Shown: positions 1 through 7,761 of the stretch, one piece after another
Numbering within the stretch: position 1 is the stretch's first letter
Layout: each line of letters begins with the position of its first letter
DNA from: a virus
Lineage: Duplodnaviria > Caudoviricetes
Direction: 5' to 3' (one strand)
Length of the DNA stretch: 49,902 nucleotides
Virus record (IMG/VR): IMGVR_UViG_3300046057_000005
Span: 1 to 49,902 of that record
Program-made: the position numbers and the translations under genes
Notes under the pieces: generated by a model
Told to the model about the DNA's origin: nothing
Database searches by the model: none
The model's input: the letters and a program-made list of their open reading frames with translations, nothing else

Positions 1-55
1 TTATTGTGTCGGGGCGCATTGCGTTAGGTATGGCACGAACGCCTACCCAAGCCGA
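1..55. repeat. 55-bp terminal overlap identical to 49848-49902 (circular assembly junction, lying inside the cassette repeat)
   Basis: TTATTGTGTC...CCCAAGCCGA is identical at both ends. Joining the ends places TerL upstream of the portal gene, the canonical order. Confidence 0.9.
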
Positions 56-245
56 TCGAATGATGGAAGCGAATCAGCGCGCAAAGGCCCCAGAAACCGA
101 AGAATGTGTCGTCTGTGAGTGCAACACGGATGCGCACTTTGGGGAAAATATTGTGGGCGTCGGATTCGTCTGCGATGACTGCTATCGCAAGACGGAGGGC
201 CGGGATATAGAGCGCGTCGTCAGCCGCGGCGAGGGTAAAGCATGA
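30..245 (+). CDS. MARTPTQAD-leader small Zn-finger protein
   Basis: ATG lies 29 nt after TTATTG; motifs CVVC...CDDC; stop overlaps the next ATG (ATGA). Confidence 0.75.
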   Translation: MARTPTQADRMMEANQRAKAPETEECVVCECNTDAHFGENIVGVGFVCDDCYRKTEGRDIERVVSRGEGKA

Positions 246-373
246 GCGGTCCCTTGGAATGTCGGTATTGCGGCTTGCGAAAGGACTACGCCGGCGCGTT
301 CGCGGCCGACTGCCGGAGCGAACTGTGTCCCGAGCGATCCGGTCGCCGAGGCCACGATTACCGAGAACAGTAA
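242..373 (+). CDS. 43-aa Cys-rich micro-protein (MSGPLECRYCG...CRSELCP), not in ORF track
   Basis: Manual translation; ATGA coupling to the upstream ORF; followed by a T-tract at 384-389. Confidence 0.65.
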   Translation: MSGPLECRYCGLRKDYAGAFAADCRSELCPERSGRRGHDYREQ

Positions 374-476
374 TCGGACGCACTTTTTTCGCGGCGCGGT
401 CCCATCCAGCGCGAGTAAGACGCAAAAAGACGATAATCCCGACACATTTATCACACTACAAGCCCGTCTTACAGAC

Positions 477-602
477 ATGGCAACAAACGGGTCGCCGTAT
501 TGCCGACGGTGCGGGACGCGAACCGAGTTAGCTATCGGGTCGTCGCCGGGCGAACTAACGGGCTACGTTTGCCCGAACCCCGATTGCGGCGGCGACTGGT
601 AA
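477..602 (+). CDS. 41-aa Zn-finger micro-protein (CRRCG...CPNPDCG), not in ORF track
   Basis: Manual translation; TTTATC at 447-452 and GTCTTAC at 466-472 precede the ATG. Confidence 0.7.
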   Translation: MATNGSPYCRRCGTRTELAIGSSPGELTGYVCPNPDCGGDW

Positions 603-699
603 GCCGCGCCCACCTCTATTGTTAGCGGTTTGTCCTTACTCAAGACTGGTTCGGGATTGGTTACAAAGGTTTATGTGGGGATGGTTCGTCTTACGCGGC

Positions 700-1008
700 A
701 TGGGACGAACCCCTACCGAAGCCGACGACGCACCGGACGAACAGCCCGATCCGACGGGATGGGAGTGTTCTGAATGTGGCGGTACACTCGCCAAGAGCGC
801 CGAAGAATGTCCCGATTGCGGGGCAAATCCCATGACGCGCTCCACGGCGGACGGGATAGCGGCGTTCGGCGTCGCCATATCGCTCACAGTCGTTCTCGCC
901 CCGATCGGTATTCCCATCGCGGTGATTGGGTTCGCCGCTCGCTTCGCGCTACCGAAGCGGCTGGCGGTCGAATCCTCCAGCGACGCCGGGGATGGGGTCG
1001 AAGAATGA
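700..1008 (+). CDS. Zn-ribbon membrane protein with variant leader MGRTPTEAD
   Basis: CSECG...CPDCG followed by a hydrophobic hairpin; TTTATG at 670 and GTCTTAC at 688. Confidence 0.75.
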   Translation: MGRTPTEADDAPDEQPDPTGWECSECGGTLAKSAEECPDCGANPMTRSTADGIAAFGVAISLTVVLAPIGIPIAVIGFAARFALPKRLAVESSSDAGDGVEE

Positions 1009-1238
1009 GCGACGACCGCAAGCGCATCCCGACCGACCCCGCGGTTTTCGGGGAATTGAACGAGCGCAAGAAGGCGCTCGGCATGACGTGGGACGGGCTG
1101 TTCAGACACCTCCTAAAGATGGAGTACGCCGACGGCGACGCCGCGACCGGGAACGCGAACATCCCGCTCGCCGACCGATTAGAACGGCAAGCCGAGCGGA
1201 TCGAAGACGCGGCCGACCGACTGGAGCGAGAACGATGA
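1005..1238 (+). CDS. putative ribbon-helix-helix DNA-binding protein
   Basis: MSDDRKRIPTDPAVFGELNERKKALGMTWDGLFRHLL fits the RHH strand-helix-helix pattern; ATGA-coupled on both sides. Confidence 0.55.
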   Translation: MSDDRKRIPTDPAVFGELNERKKALGMTWDGLFRHLLKMEYADGDAATGNANIPLADRLERQAERIEDAADRLERER

Positions 1239-1435
1239 ACGGCTACGTCTATCGCTGGTATTGCGGCGCGTGTTCCGAAGCGAGCGACTGGTTCGATTCG
1301 CCGGGCGAAGCCGCCCACGAACGAAACGAACACGAACTTACCCATGCCGATAAATTCAGCACGCCGGTCGTGGAGAATCCACGCATCCAGCGTTATCCCG
1401 AAGGCGAAGCGCCGGGCTACGAGGGTAACGCATGA
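1235..1435 (+). CDS. small C2H2-like Zn-finger protein
   Basis: WYCGAC...HELTH; ATGA overlaps at both ends. Confidence 0.65.
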   Translation: MNGYVYRWYCGACSEASDWFDSPGEAAHERNEHELTHADKFSTPVVENPRIQRYPEGEAPGYEGNA

Positions 1436-1614
1436 GCGAGTTCAACGAAGACGAGTTAGTTCGTCGCCCCGATACCGGCGAACTATACGATGTTCTGGAG
1501 CAAGATGGGGACATGGTTCGTGTCGAACCGCGAAACGGGCGGCCGCTATCCCCGGACTCATTTTTCTTACAAGCCCACGTTATCGAACCTGTTAAAGACG
1601 AATGGACACCGTAA
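1432..1614 (+). CDS. hypothetical protein (60 aa)
   Basis: Acidic ORF, translationally coupled to the upstream gene. Confidence 0.6.
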   Translation: MSEFNEDELVRRPDTGELYDVLEQDGDMVRVEPRNGRPLSPDSFFLQAHVIEPVKDEWTP

Positions 1615-1690
1615 CCAAATAGTAACACTTATCGTGCCGGGGCGCATTGCGTTAGGTATGGCACGAACGCCTACCCAAGCCGACGACGAC
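1610..1690 (+). repeat. cassette repeat copy (operator variant, TATA, MARTPTQAD leader)
   Basis: CGTAACCAAATAGTAACACTTATCGTGCCGGGGCGCATTGCGTTAGGTATGGCACGAACGCCTACCCAAGCCGAC. Confidence 0.9.
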
Positions 1691-2134
1691 GCAACGATCC
1701 GACGAATCCGCGCCGACCCTCATTACCGCAACGGCCCGCTCGTTCTTCGCGCTATCATGCCGAGATTCGCGGAAGTTCGCGGCGAATATCGGCCGGTCGG
1801 ACAGAAACACGTGGGCGGCTGGCAAATGATCGAACTCGCCGAAGCGGCCGAACGCGCCGATGTGGTTCGTGGCGACGTTCCCGACGACGACGGCGTTCCG
1901 ATCATGTATGTCGGCAACCCCGGCGCGAAGCACTATTACAACGGCCACGACCCCGAAGGTATCGACGTGGACGTTCTGGAGTGGATTCGGGATAGCAAAT
2001 ACACGCTCTACGAGAACGTTGAAGGTGGCTGGGAATCGTGGGACGGCCGACCCGAGTTCTCCAAAACCCGGCTGAACCTACGTGACGCGTCGAAGGCGGA
2101 CGTAGACGCCATGATCGCCGAACGGCGCGACTGA
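1658..2134 (+). CDS. MARTPTQAD-leader hypothetical protein (158 aa)
   Basis: ATG lies inside the repeat; globular-looking sequence; followed by a T-tract. Confidence 0.8.
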   Translation: MARTPTQADDDATIRRIRADPHYRNGPLVLRAIMPRFAEVRGEYRPVGQKHVGGWQMIELAEAAERADVVRGDVPDDDGVPIMYVGNPGAKHYYNGHDPEGIDVDVLEWIRDSKYTLYENVEGGWESWDGRPEFSKTRLNLRDASKADVDAMIAERRD

Positions 2135-2151
2135 CGCGGCGACCTCTTTTT
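2135..2151 (+). terminator. CGCGGC..CTCTTTTT putative terminator
   Basis: Similar elements follow cassette genes at 18527-18544 and 48495-48513. Confidence 0.55.
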
Positions 2152-2171
2152 CCGGCTTAGTTCGCGCAAAG

Positions 2172-2201
2172 CGCGAGCGTTCGCGTTTGGTGCAATCGCC
2201 G
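2172..2201 (+). promoter_or_regulatory. 30-bp element repeated at 18588-18617 (29/30 identical)
   Basis: CGCGAGCGTTCGCG(T/C)TTGGTGCAATCGCCG lies between a cassette terminator and the next gene at both sites. Confidence 0.7.
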
Positions 2202-2235
2202 CAAAAACCATACCTTCGCGGCGTAATATCCTCGT

Positions 2236-2805
2236 ATGGCCGACGACAATACCGATTCGAAGATTGACCCCACTGAGAAACTTCGCGGCGTCCTTCGCGG
2301 CATGATGGATTACCCGAGTTTTACGCCGAGCGAAGGCGTCGAATCGATCAACCTCGCAATCGAAGAACTCGCCGACGAACTAAACGCGGAAGCGGCAGCT
2401 ATCAGCATCGAACGAGTACCGTGCGCGGGTTGCGGTATGCCGACGCCAGCGCTACTCGCTCCGGCCGATTACCAGCGCGACGGTTCGCCCCGGTCGTTCT
2501 GTAAGTCGTGCGTCGAAGGTCATGCGGCCGACGACGACGGGAACGACGCCGAGAACGACGGCCACGGACCGATGGGAATGGCGGGCGGCGGCCCCCTTCC
2601 GTTTTTGGAGGTAGGCGACGGCGGGACGGGCGACGGCGGGGGCGACGACGCTCAAAAAATGCGGATTTCAAACGCCACTATCAGTATAACCAACGGCGTT
2701 GATGAACTCGGGACGCCGAGTTTTACGGTGAGCATGGAGAAAACGCCGGTCGAACGGGCCGAAGACTTGAAAGACCGCCTTCGCCGTAAGGGGCTGGATG
2801 AATGA
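2236..2805 (+). CDS. hypothetical Zn-finger protein
   Basis: CAGCG...CKSC; overlaps the portal start (ATGA). Confidence 0.7.
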   Translation: MADDNTDSKIDPTEKLRGVLRGMMDYPSFTPSEGVESINLAIEELADELNAEAAAISIERVPCAGCGMPTPALLAPADYQRDGSPRSFCKSCVEGHAADDDGNDAENDGHGPMGMAGGGPLPFLEVGDGGTGDGGGDDAQKMRISNATISITNGVDELGTPSFTVSMEKTPVERAEDLKDRLRRKGLDE

Positions 2806-4664
2806 GCGACCGCAATCCATACGGGCAAACGACGGCGCTCCAGTACGATAGCCTTCAAGACGTGATAGACGCCGACGTAGACGACATGGCGGCGACGCTC
2901 CAGCGGGCGGCCGGCCGCGTCGCGTCGGATGGGGGTGTTCCGCAAAACAGTCCCGTGGCGAACGCACGGACGCAAACGAACCAGCCGGGGACGACGCTCG
3001 GGCCGGATGAACCAGCGGGCGCGCAAATACAGAACCAGCGGGGCGCATCGAACTCAGTAGATTGGGGCGACGTGATGGGGGGCGGGCGATTCGGCGCGGA
3101 AATGATGGGCCGCTACGGCGAGCAATTCGGCGGCGACCGCGACATATACGACGCGCTGGGCTACGATCGAAACCCCGACGTAGATGTTTTCAAGCAAGCA
3201 TACGAGCGCGAAGACATTGCCCGCCGCGTCGTAGACGCTTATCCAAATACTACATGGCGCGAGCGGCCCGAGATTAGCGACGACGCCGACGACGAAGACG
3301 AACTTACCCCGTTCGAACAGGATATTCAAGAGCTGTTCGAAGAAACCCAAGCGCTTCGCCATTTGAAGGACGTAGACCGGCTTTCGGGTATCGGCGAGTA
3401 TGGCGTTCTCGTCTACGGGTTGCACGACGACGGCGAATTGATCGATCCGGTCGAAACGGGCGCGCTCGGTAGCGATAGCGAAAGCGAAAGCGAAAGCGAA
3501 AGCGGGGTCGAAGGCGTCGCTCACTTTACGGCGCTCGCCCAAGACCGCGTGGAACGCATATTTGTCGGCGACGACCCGGATCGGGAGGATTACGCCCAGC
3601 CGGTCGGCTATGAAATCGACTTTACTCCCGAGGACGACGGCGCGAACGAGGTAGTTCCGTTATCCTCGGTCGGCGCGTCGGACAATCCCCAGCGCGGTAG
3701 CGACGACGTGGATAGTAGCCCGAGCGGTGCGAGTGTAAACGGCCGCGAGTTCGTGAACGCGGATCGGGTCTTACACGTCGCCGAAGATAAGTTAGATTCG
3801 AACATTAAGGGAACGCCCCGCCTACTGCCGGTTTGGAACCGATTTACCGACTTGTGGAAAGTCGTCGGTGCGGCGGCTGAAATGTTCTACCGCGGCGCGG
3901 ACTATGGCTTGCACCTGAACGCCGACGGCGAAGTTGCGAACCCGGACAAACTCGTAAACGAGGTAATGGATTACCTTCATGGGTTGCAACCCTATCTAAA
4001 GACCGAGAACATGGACGTGGAGCGGCTGGGCGGCGAAGACGTAGACCCGTCCGGCCCCGTCGATTCGATTCTAAAGCTAATCTCGGGGCAAACGGGTATC
4101 CCGAAGCGGATGCTTACCGGATCGGAACGCGGCGATTTAGCGAGTACCCAAGACAAAGCCACGTTCTACGGCCGCGTCGCCGAACGCCAGCAACAGTATG
4201 CCGAACCTCAAATCCTCCGCGAGTTCGTCGCCGATATGGTTCGCTTCGGCGTCGTTCGCGCCCCGGTGGGTAGCGATTCGCTTGAAGACCTCGCCAGCTA
4301 TACCGTCGATTGGCCGAACCTCTTTGAGCTAAACGACGTAGAACGCGCCGAAGTATCGAACAAGCTAACGGGCGCGGCGCAATCGGCCGCTAAAACGCTC
4401 ATGACGGCGGAACTATTCACGGCGGGCGAGATACGCCAAGAGTTCTTCGACATGAATCCCGAGATAGGTAGCGAGGTAGACACGGCCGGCGACGGATCGG
4501 GCGACGGTACTGGAGCGCCCGACGACCCCGAAGACGACGCCGAACCGGGCGAGCGTCCGGGCGATAGCGGCGATGTAGGAGCGGACGGGCTACCCGACTT
4601 AGACGAAGACGACGAGAACGTAACGGCGCAATTCAGCGCTATCGCCGACGGCGGTAGTACGTAG
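2802..4664 (+). CDS. portal protein (DUF1073-like)
   Basis: 620 aa; YEREDIARRVVD..WR.RPEI and TGIPKRMLTGSERG motifs; positioned after TerL and before MuF. Confidence 0.85.
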   Translation: MSDRNPYGQTTALQYDSLQDVIDADVDDMAATLQRAAGRVASDGGVPQNSPVANARTQTNQPGTTLGPDEPAGAQIQNQRGASNSVDWGDVMGGGRFGAEMMGRYGEQFGGDRDIYDALGYDRNPDVDVFKQAYEREDIARRVVDAYPNTTWRERPEISDDADDEDELTPFEQDIQELFEETQALRHLKDVDRLSGIGEYGVLVYGLHDDGELIDPVETGALGSDSESESESESGVEGVAHFTALAQDRVERIFVGDDPDREDYAQPVGYEIDFTPEDDGANEVVPLSSVGASDNPQRGSDDVDSSPSGASVNGREFVNADRVLHVAEDKLDSNIKGTPRLLPVWNRFTDLWKVVGAAAEMFYRGADYGLHLNADGEVANPDKLVNEVMDYLHGLQPYLKTENMDVERLGGEDVDPSGPVDSILKLISGQTGIPKRMLTGSERGDLASTQDKATFYGRVAERQQQYAEPQILREFVADMVRFGVVRAPVGSDSLEDLASYTVDWPNLFELNDVERAEVSNKLTGAAQSAAKTLMTAELFTAGEIRQEFFDMNPEIGSEVDTAGDGSGDGTGAPDDPEDDAEPGERPGDSGDVGADGLPDLDEDDENVTAQFSAIADGGST

Positions 4665-4666
4665 TT

Positions 4667-5791
4667 GTGAGCGCCGCTGATTCGCCCGCTGATAGCGATG
4701 AACTTCCGCAAGTGGCGAAGGCCCTACCGCGGGACGACCCGACGCGCACGACCAAGCTACGCAAGCGCTTCGGGTCGCAAATATACAAGCGCTACAAGGC
4801 GCTCAAAGGCGCGGTTCGACAGTACGTTTTAGCCGAGAACCGTTTCGGTATCCAGAACGCCGCGGTCGCCGACGCGGTAGCGAACCGCGCGATAGCGCTC
4901 GGTTCGGCGACGACTCCGCCCCACGCGCGGGGGCGCGCGAACGACGGCGACGCTCCAGTGTTCTACGCACCGAACGCTCAAATTCCGGGTATGCCCGACC
5001 CGTCGAAAGTCCCGGCTATTACGCCGCCAGCGTCGCCGTCATGGGAGTTTCCCGAAGATAGTAAGAAGGTTCAGGCGTTTACCGAATGGTTTCGGGGCGC
5101 GCAAAACGCTATCCTCTTAGGCGGGGGCGGCGCGGGTCCGTCGGCTGGCGTCGGCTGGGCGAACGAGTACGTCAGATATGCTTACTTTCGCGGCTTAGAC
5201 TTCGCTCAAGACGTGCTTCAATCTCAGGGATTCGTCGGCGAAGATATTGACGTAATGGATACGTTCAATATGCCGGTTCATCAAAGCGCGCTCGCTCTAA
5301 TCTATCAGCGGCAATATACTGGGCTGAAAGGTATCACCGACGAAGTGGATAAACAGGTTTCCCGAATACTCGCCGAAGGCTTCGCGGCTGGCGAGAACCC
5401 GAGAACGATAGCCCGAACGATCAACGATAGGGTAGACAAGATTGGAATAACCCGCGGTCGGACGCTCGCCCGCACCGAGATAGTCCGATCCTACAACGAA
5501 GCCACGTTGAACCGCTTCGAACAGGTCGTAGGCGGCGATGCGAGCGTTCAGCTATACGCGGAGTTTTCAACGGCCCGAGATAGCCGTGTATGCCCGATTT
5601 GCGCGGCGCTGGAGGGAACGACGTTTCGCATCAAAGACGCGCATAACGTCATTCCTCAGCATCCAAATTGTCGGTGCGCTTGGGTTCCTGTTAAGACAAA
5701 TACCAGCGCCGCCGCAAGCGCCCGTAACCGTCGCATAGCTCTAAATCACCAAGAACACACTCACAGTATCACCAATTCGCCGGTAGCGTAA
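4667..5791 (+). CDS. minor head protein, SPP1 gp7/MuF family
   Basis: RGRTLARTE...DSRVCPIC...HPNCRC signature. Confidence 0.9.
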   Translation: MSAADSPADSDELPQVAKALPRDDPTRTTKLRKRFGSQIYKRYKALKGAVRQYVLAENRFGIQNAAVADAVANRAIALGSATTPPHARGRANDGDAPVFYAPNAQIPGMPDPSKVPAITPPASPSWEFPEDSKKVQAFTEWFRGAQNAILLGGGGAGPSAGVGWANEYVRYAYFRGLDFAQDVLQSQGFVGEDIDVMDTFNMPVHQSALALIYQRQYTGLKGITDEVDKQVSRILAEGFAAGENPRTIARTINDRVDKIGITRGRTLARTEIVRSYNEATLNRFEQVVGGDASVQLYAEFSTARDSRVCPICAALEGTTFRIKDAHNVIPQHPNCRCAWVPVKTNTSAAASARNRRIALNHQEHTHSITNSPVA

Positions 5792-5851
5792 CGCACGGCG
5801 CGAGATAGAGCGAAGCTCTATCACCGACCCCCTCGAAGACGGACGGGTTGT

Positions 5852-7138
5852 ATGGCCGAAAGGCAGTTCCGAACTCGGCGAGTAAACGAGGCCATGCCGC
5901 ACACAATAGCGACGCGGGACGTAGGCAGTGAAACGAACCAATCCGCCGAGTATAAATTCGTCTTCGAAGGTAGCGATAAACCCACTTTCGCCGACGTTCA
6001 TAACGCGACGCCCAGCCCGAACGCACGCATCTACGAGAACGAAAACGGGAATTGGGTCGTTGAAGATATGGTATGGGGCGGCATTGATGCGTGGGAATAC
6101 ACGAACGAGTACATCCGGCTGGCGTTCCGCGACCCGTCGCGTCACGAAGTTCAGGTAAACAATCAGGGATGGACGGCTTCGGGTAAGTTCGCCGAAACGG
6201 ACACCTTCGCTGGCGGGTCCGAATCCTCGAAGGATCAAAGCGATAGCGGGGGCGAAGACGACGGCATACCTGAACCAGCGGGCGGCGAGCGAGATTCTTC
6301 GCTTCCGGCGTCGTGGCGGGACGTTAGCGGCCCCATCCAGAACGAGCGACCGAGATACGGCAACGTCAATCGCCGCCCCATGACGGCCGACCATGCGACC
6401 CATTACGTCGGATTCGGCGAGTTCGGGACGGGCGACGGGTCGAAGTCCGATCCGTTCGGGACGCTCATGGACGCGCTGAACTTCATGCCGTATGGCGTTC
6501 GACACGAATACATCATGCAAGTCCTACCGGGGATGCATGACGGCGAACCCGGCAATTCGATCAATACCGATCCGCACCGCGTCGGCGGTATCAAATCATG
6601 CCAAGCGACTATTCTCGGCGACCGTGATAACCCCGAGAATCACGTAGTGGAAGCGAACCAGTGGAATTTGGAATATACTGGCGTTCCGCTCAGTGCAAAA
6701 ATCGCGGGCATGAAGGTGCGGGGGACGGTACAATCCTACGGCGGGGCGTTTGCCGTGGAGGATTCGGTAATCGTTCCTAACGGCCGATGGGGGAAAGGAA
6801 ACAGCTACGCGGTAGATACCTACGACGGGACTGTAATGATTAACCAATCCGCTATCCGCGACGAAGACGGCGAAGCGGACGCCGTTTTTAATCTCACCGA
6901 CGACGCCACGATTGAACTCGGCGGGAACGTTCGGATAGATGCGGATTGCCCGCTGGTAACGGCTGGTATCGGCGGCGGTAAGCTAACAATCCATCCCGGC
7001 GCTGAAATCAACGTTTCCGAAGTGAATACCGAGGGATACGAACCGTCGGGGATTCAGGTAATCGATATAGGTCGGCAAACGTCCGGGCTGGCGGCGGGCA
7101 ATCACGTCATTCGCCAAGGGCCGAACGGGCGATTCTAA
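5852..7138 (+). CDS. putative beta-helix (pectin-lyase-like) virion protein
   Basis: HYVG..GTGDGSKSDPFGTLMDAL resembles a beta-helix capping motif; the C-terminus is rich in G/N/I/V. Confidence 0.5.
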   Translation: MAERQFRTRRVNEAMPHTIATRDVGSETNQSAEYKFVFEGSDKPTFADVHNATPSPNARIYENENGNWVVEDMVWGGIDAWEYTNEYIRLAFRDPSRHEVQVNNQGWTASGKFAETDTFAGGSESSKDQSDSGGEDDGIPEPAGGERDSSLPASWRDVSGPIQNERPRYGNVNRRPMTADHATHYVGFGEFGTGDGSKSDPFGTLMDALNFMPYGVRHEYIMQVLPGMHDGEPGNSINTDPHRVGGIKSCQATILGDRDNPENHVVEANQWNLEYTGVPLSAKIAGMKVRGTVQSYGGAFAVEDSVIVPNGRWGKGNSYAVDTYDGTVMINQSAIRDEDGEADAVFNLTDDATIELGGNVRIDADCPLVTAGIGGGKLTIHPGAEINVSEVNTEGYEPSGIQVIDIGRQTSGLAAGNHVIRQGPNGRF

Positions 7139-7607
7139 CAGCCCGATCAACCTTACGCTCAGTAGCCGTTTTCAGGGCTCGCACCACTTTTGAAAACCGT
7201 CGCATAGCCACGGCGAACAGCGGCCGGAACGCGGTCAATAGCTTTAGCTTCCGCTTCTTAGATAGCCGGGCGGCGAAGAACCCAACGCGGTTGTAGCGCG
7301 TAATCTCGGGTCCGGGGTCGTGCGCCACTAACTCGGCGTCCAATATCAACGATCGTAGCGGGTCGCTCCCATCAATAGGATCGACGCCCCGACACGCGAT
7401 ATTTCTGTAATAGCGAATGATTTGGGCTTGCGTCGCGCCGGTTTCCTCCGCGAGTTCTCGGGATTCTTCAACGATAATGTTCATACTCCAGTTAGACATA
7501 TTCGTGACGAGTAACAAACCGGACAATTCACGGCGTGCGAACGGCCCAACGTCGAATTTGCTCGGGTCGGCTTGTTCGTATGGGTCTTGAAGTTCGGAAC
7601 GATCCAT
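7107..7607 (-). CDS. antisense hypothetical protein with basic C-terminus
   Basis: The ATG at 7607 has GTCTTAC 5 nt upstream on the minus strand; the ORF fills the gap in the head module. Confidence 0.55.
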   Translation of the reverse strand: MDRSELQDPYEQADPSKFDVGPFARRELSGLLLVTNMSNWSMNIIVEESRELAEETGATQAQIIRYYRNIACRGVDPIDGSDPLRSLILDAELVAHDPGPEITRYNRVGFFAARLSKKRKLKLLTAFRPLFAVAMRRFSKVVRALKTATERKVDRAVRIARSALGE

Positions 7608-7761
7608 GGCGGGTAAGACGGACCGGGCGGTAATCAAACCAGCGGCGACCGGAGAAATCGAACGTTCGGCGCGTCTTACGGACGGTTTTGCGCGAAAGTA
7701 GCGCAAAAGTAAATAGGGTAGCGCGAAAACACGGCTAACGAGGTAGCAAAGCAACGTAATC

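Noticed and set aside
6-29. Upstream GTG starts (MSGRIALG...) given by the ORF track for cassette genes
   Set aside because: The GTG abuts the TATA box; the ATG about 29 nt downstream fits leaderless haloarchaeal transcripts.
1-55. Terminal repeat interpreted as a biological direct terminal repeat
   Set aside because: Its length of 55 matches a common assembler k-mer and the sequence is an internal dispersed repeat, so it says nothing about the true virion termini.
1-1690. Repeat copies interpreted as a CRISPR array or integron attC array
   Set aside because: The copies are hundreds of bases to many kb apart, contain promoters and start codons, and no cas or integrase gene was seen.
3477-3503. 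AGCGAA x4 microsatellite in the portal gene (and CCGGATTCG x3 near 34307)
   Set aside because: In-frame low-complexity acidic linkers; slippage would not shift the frame.
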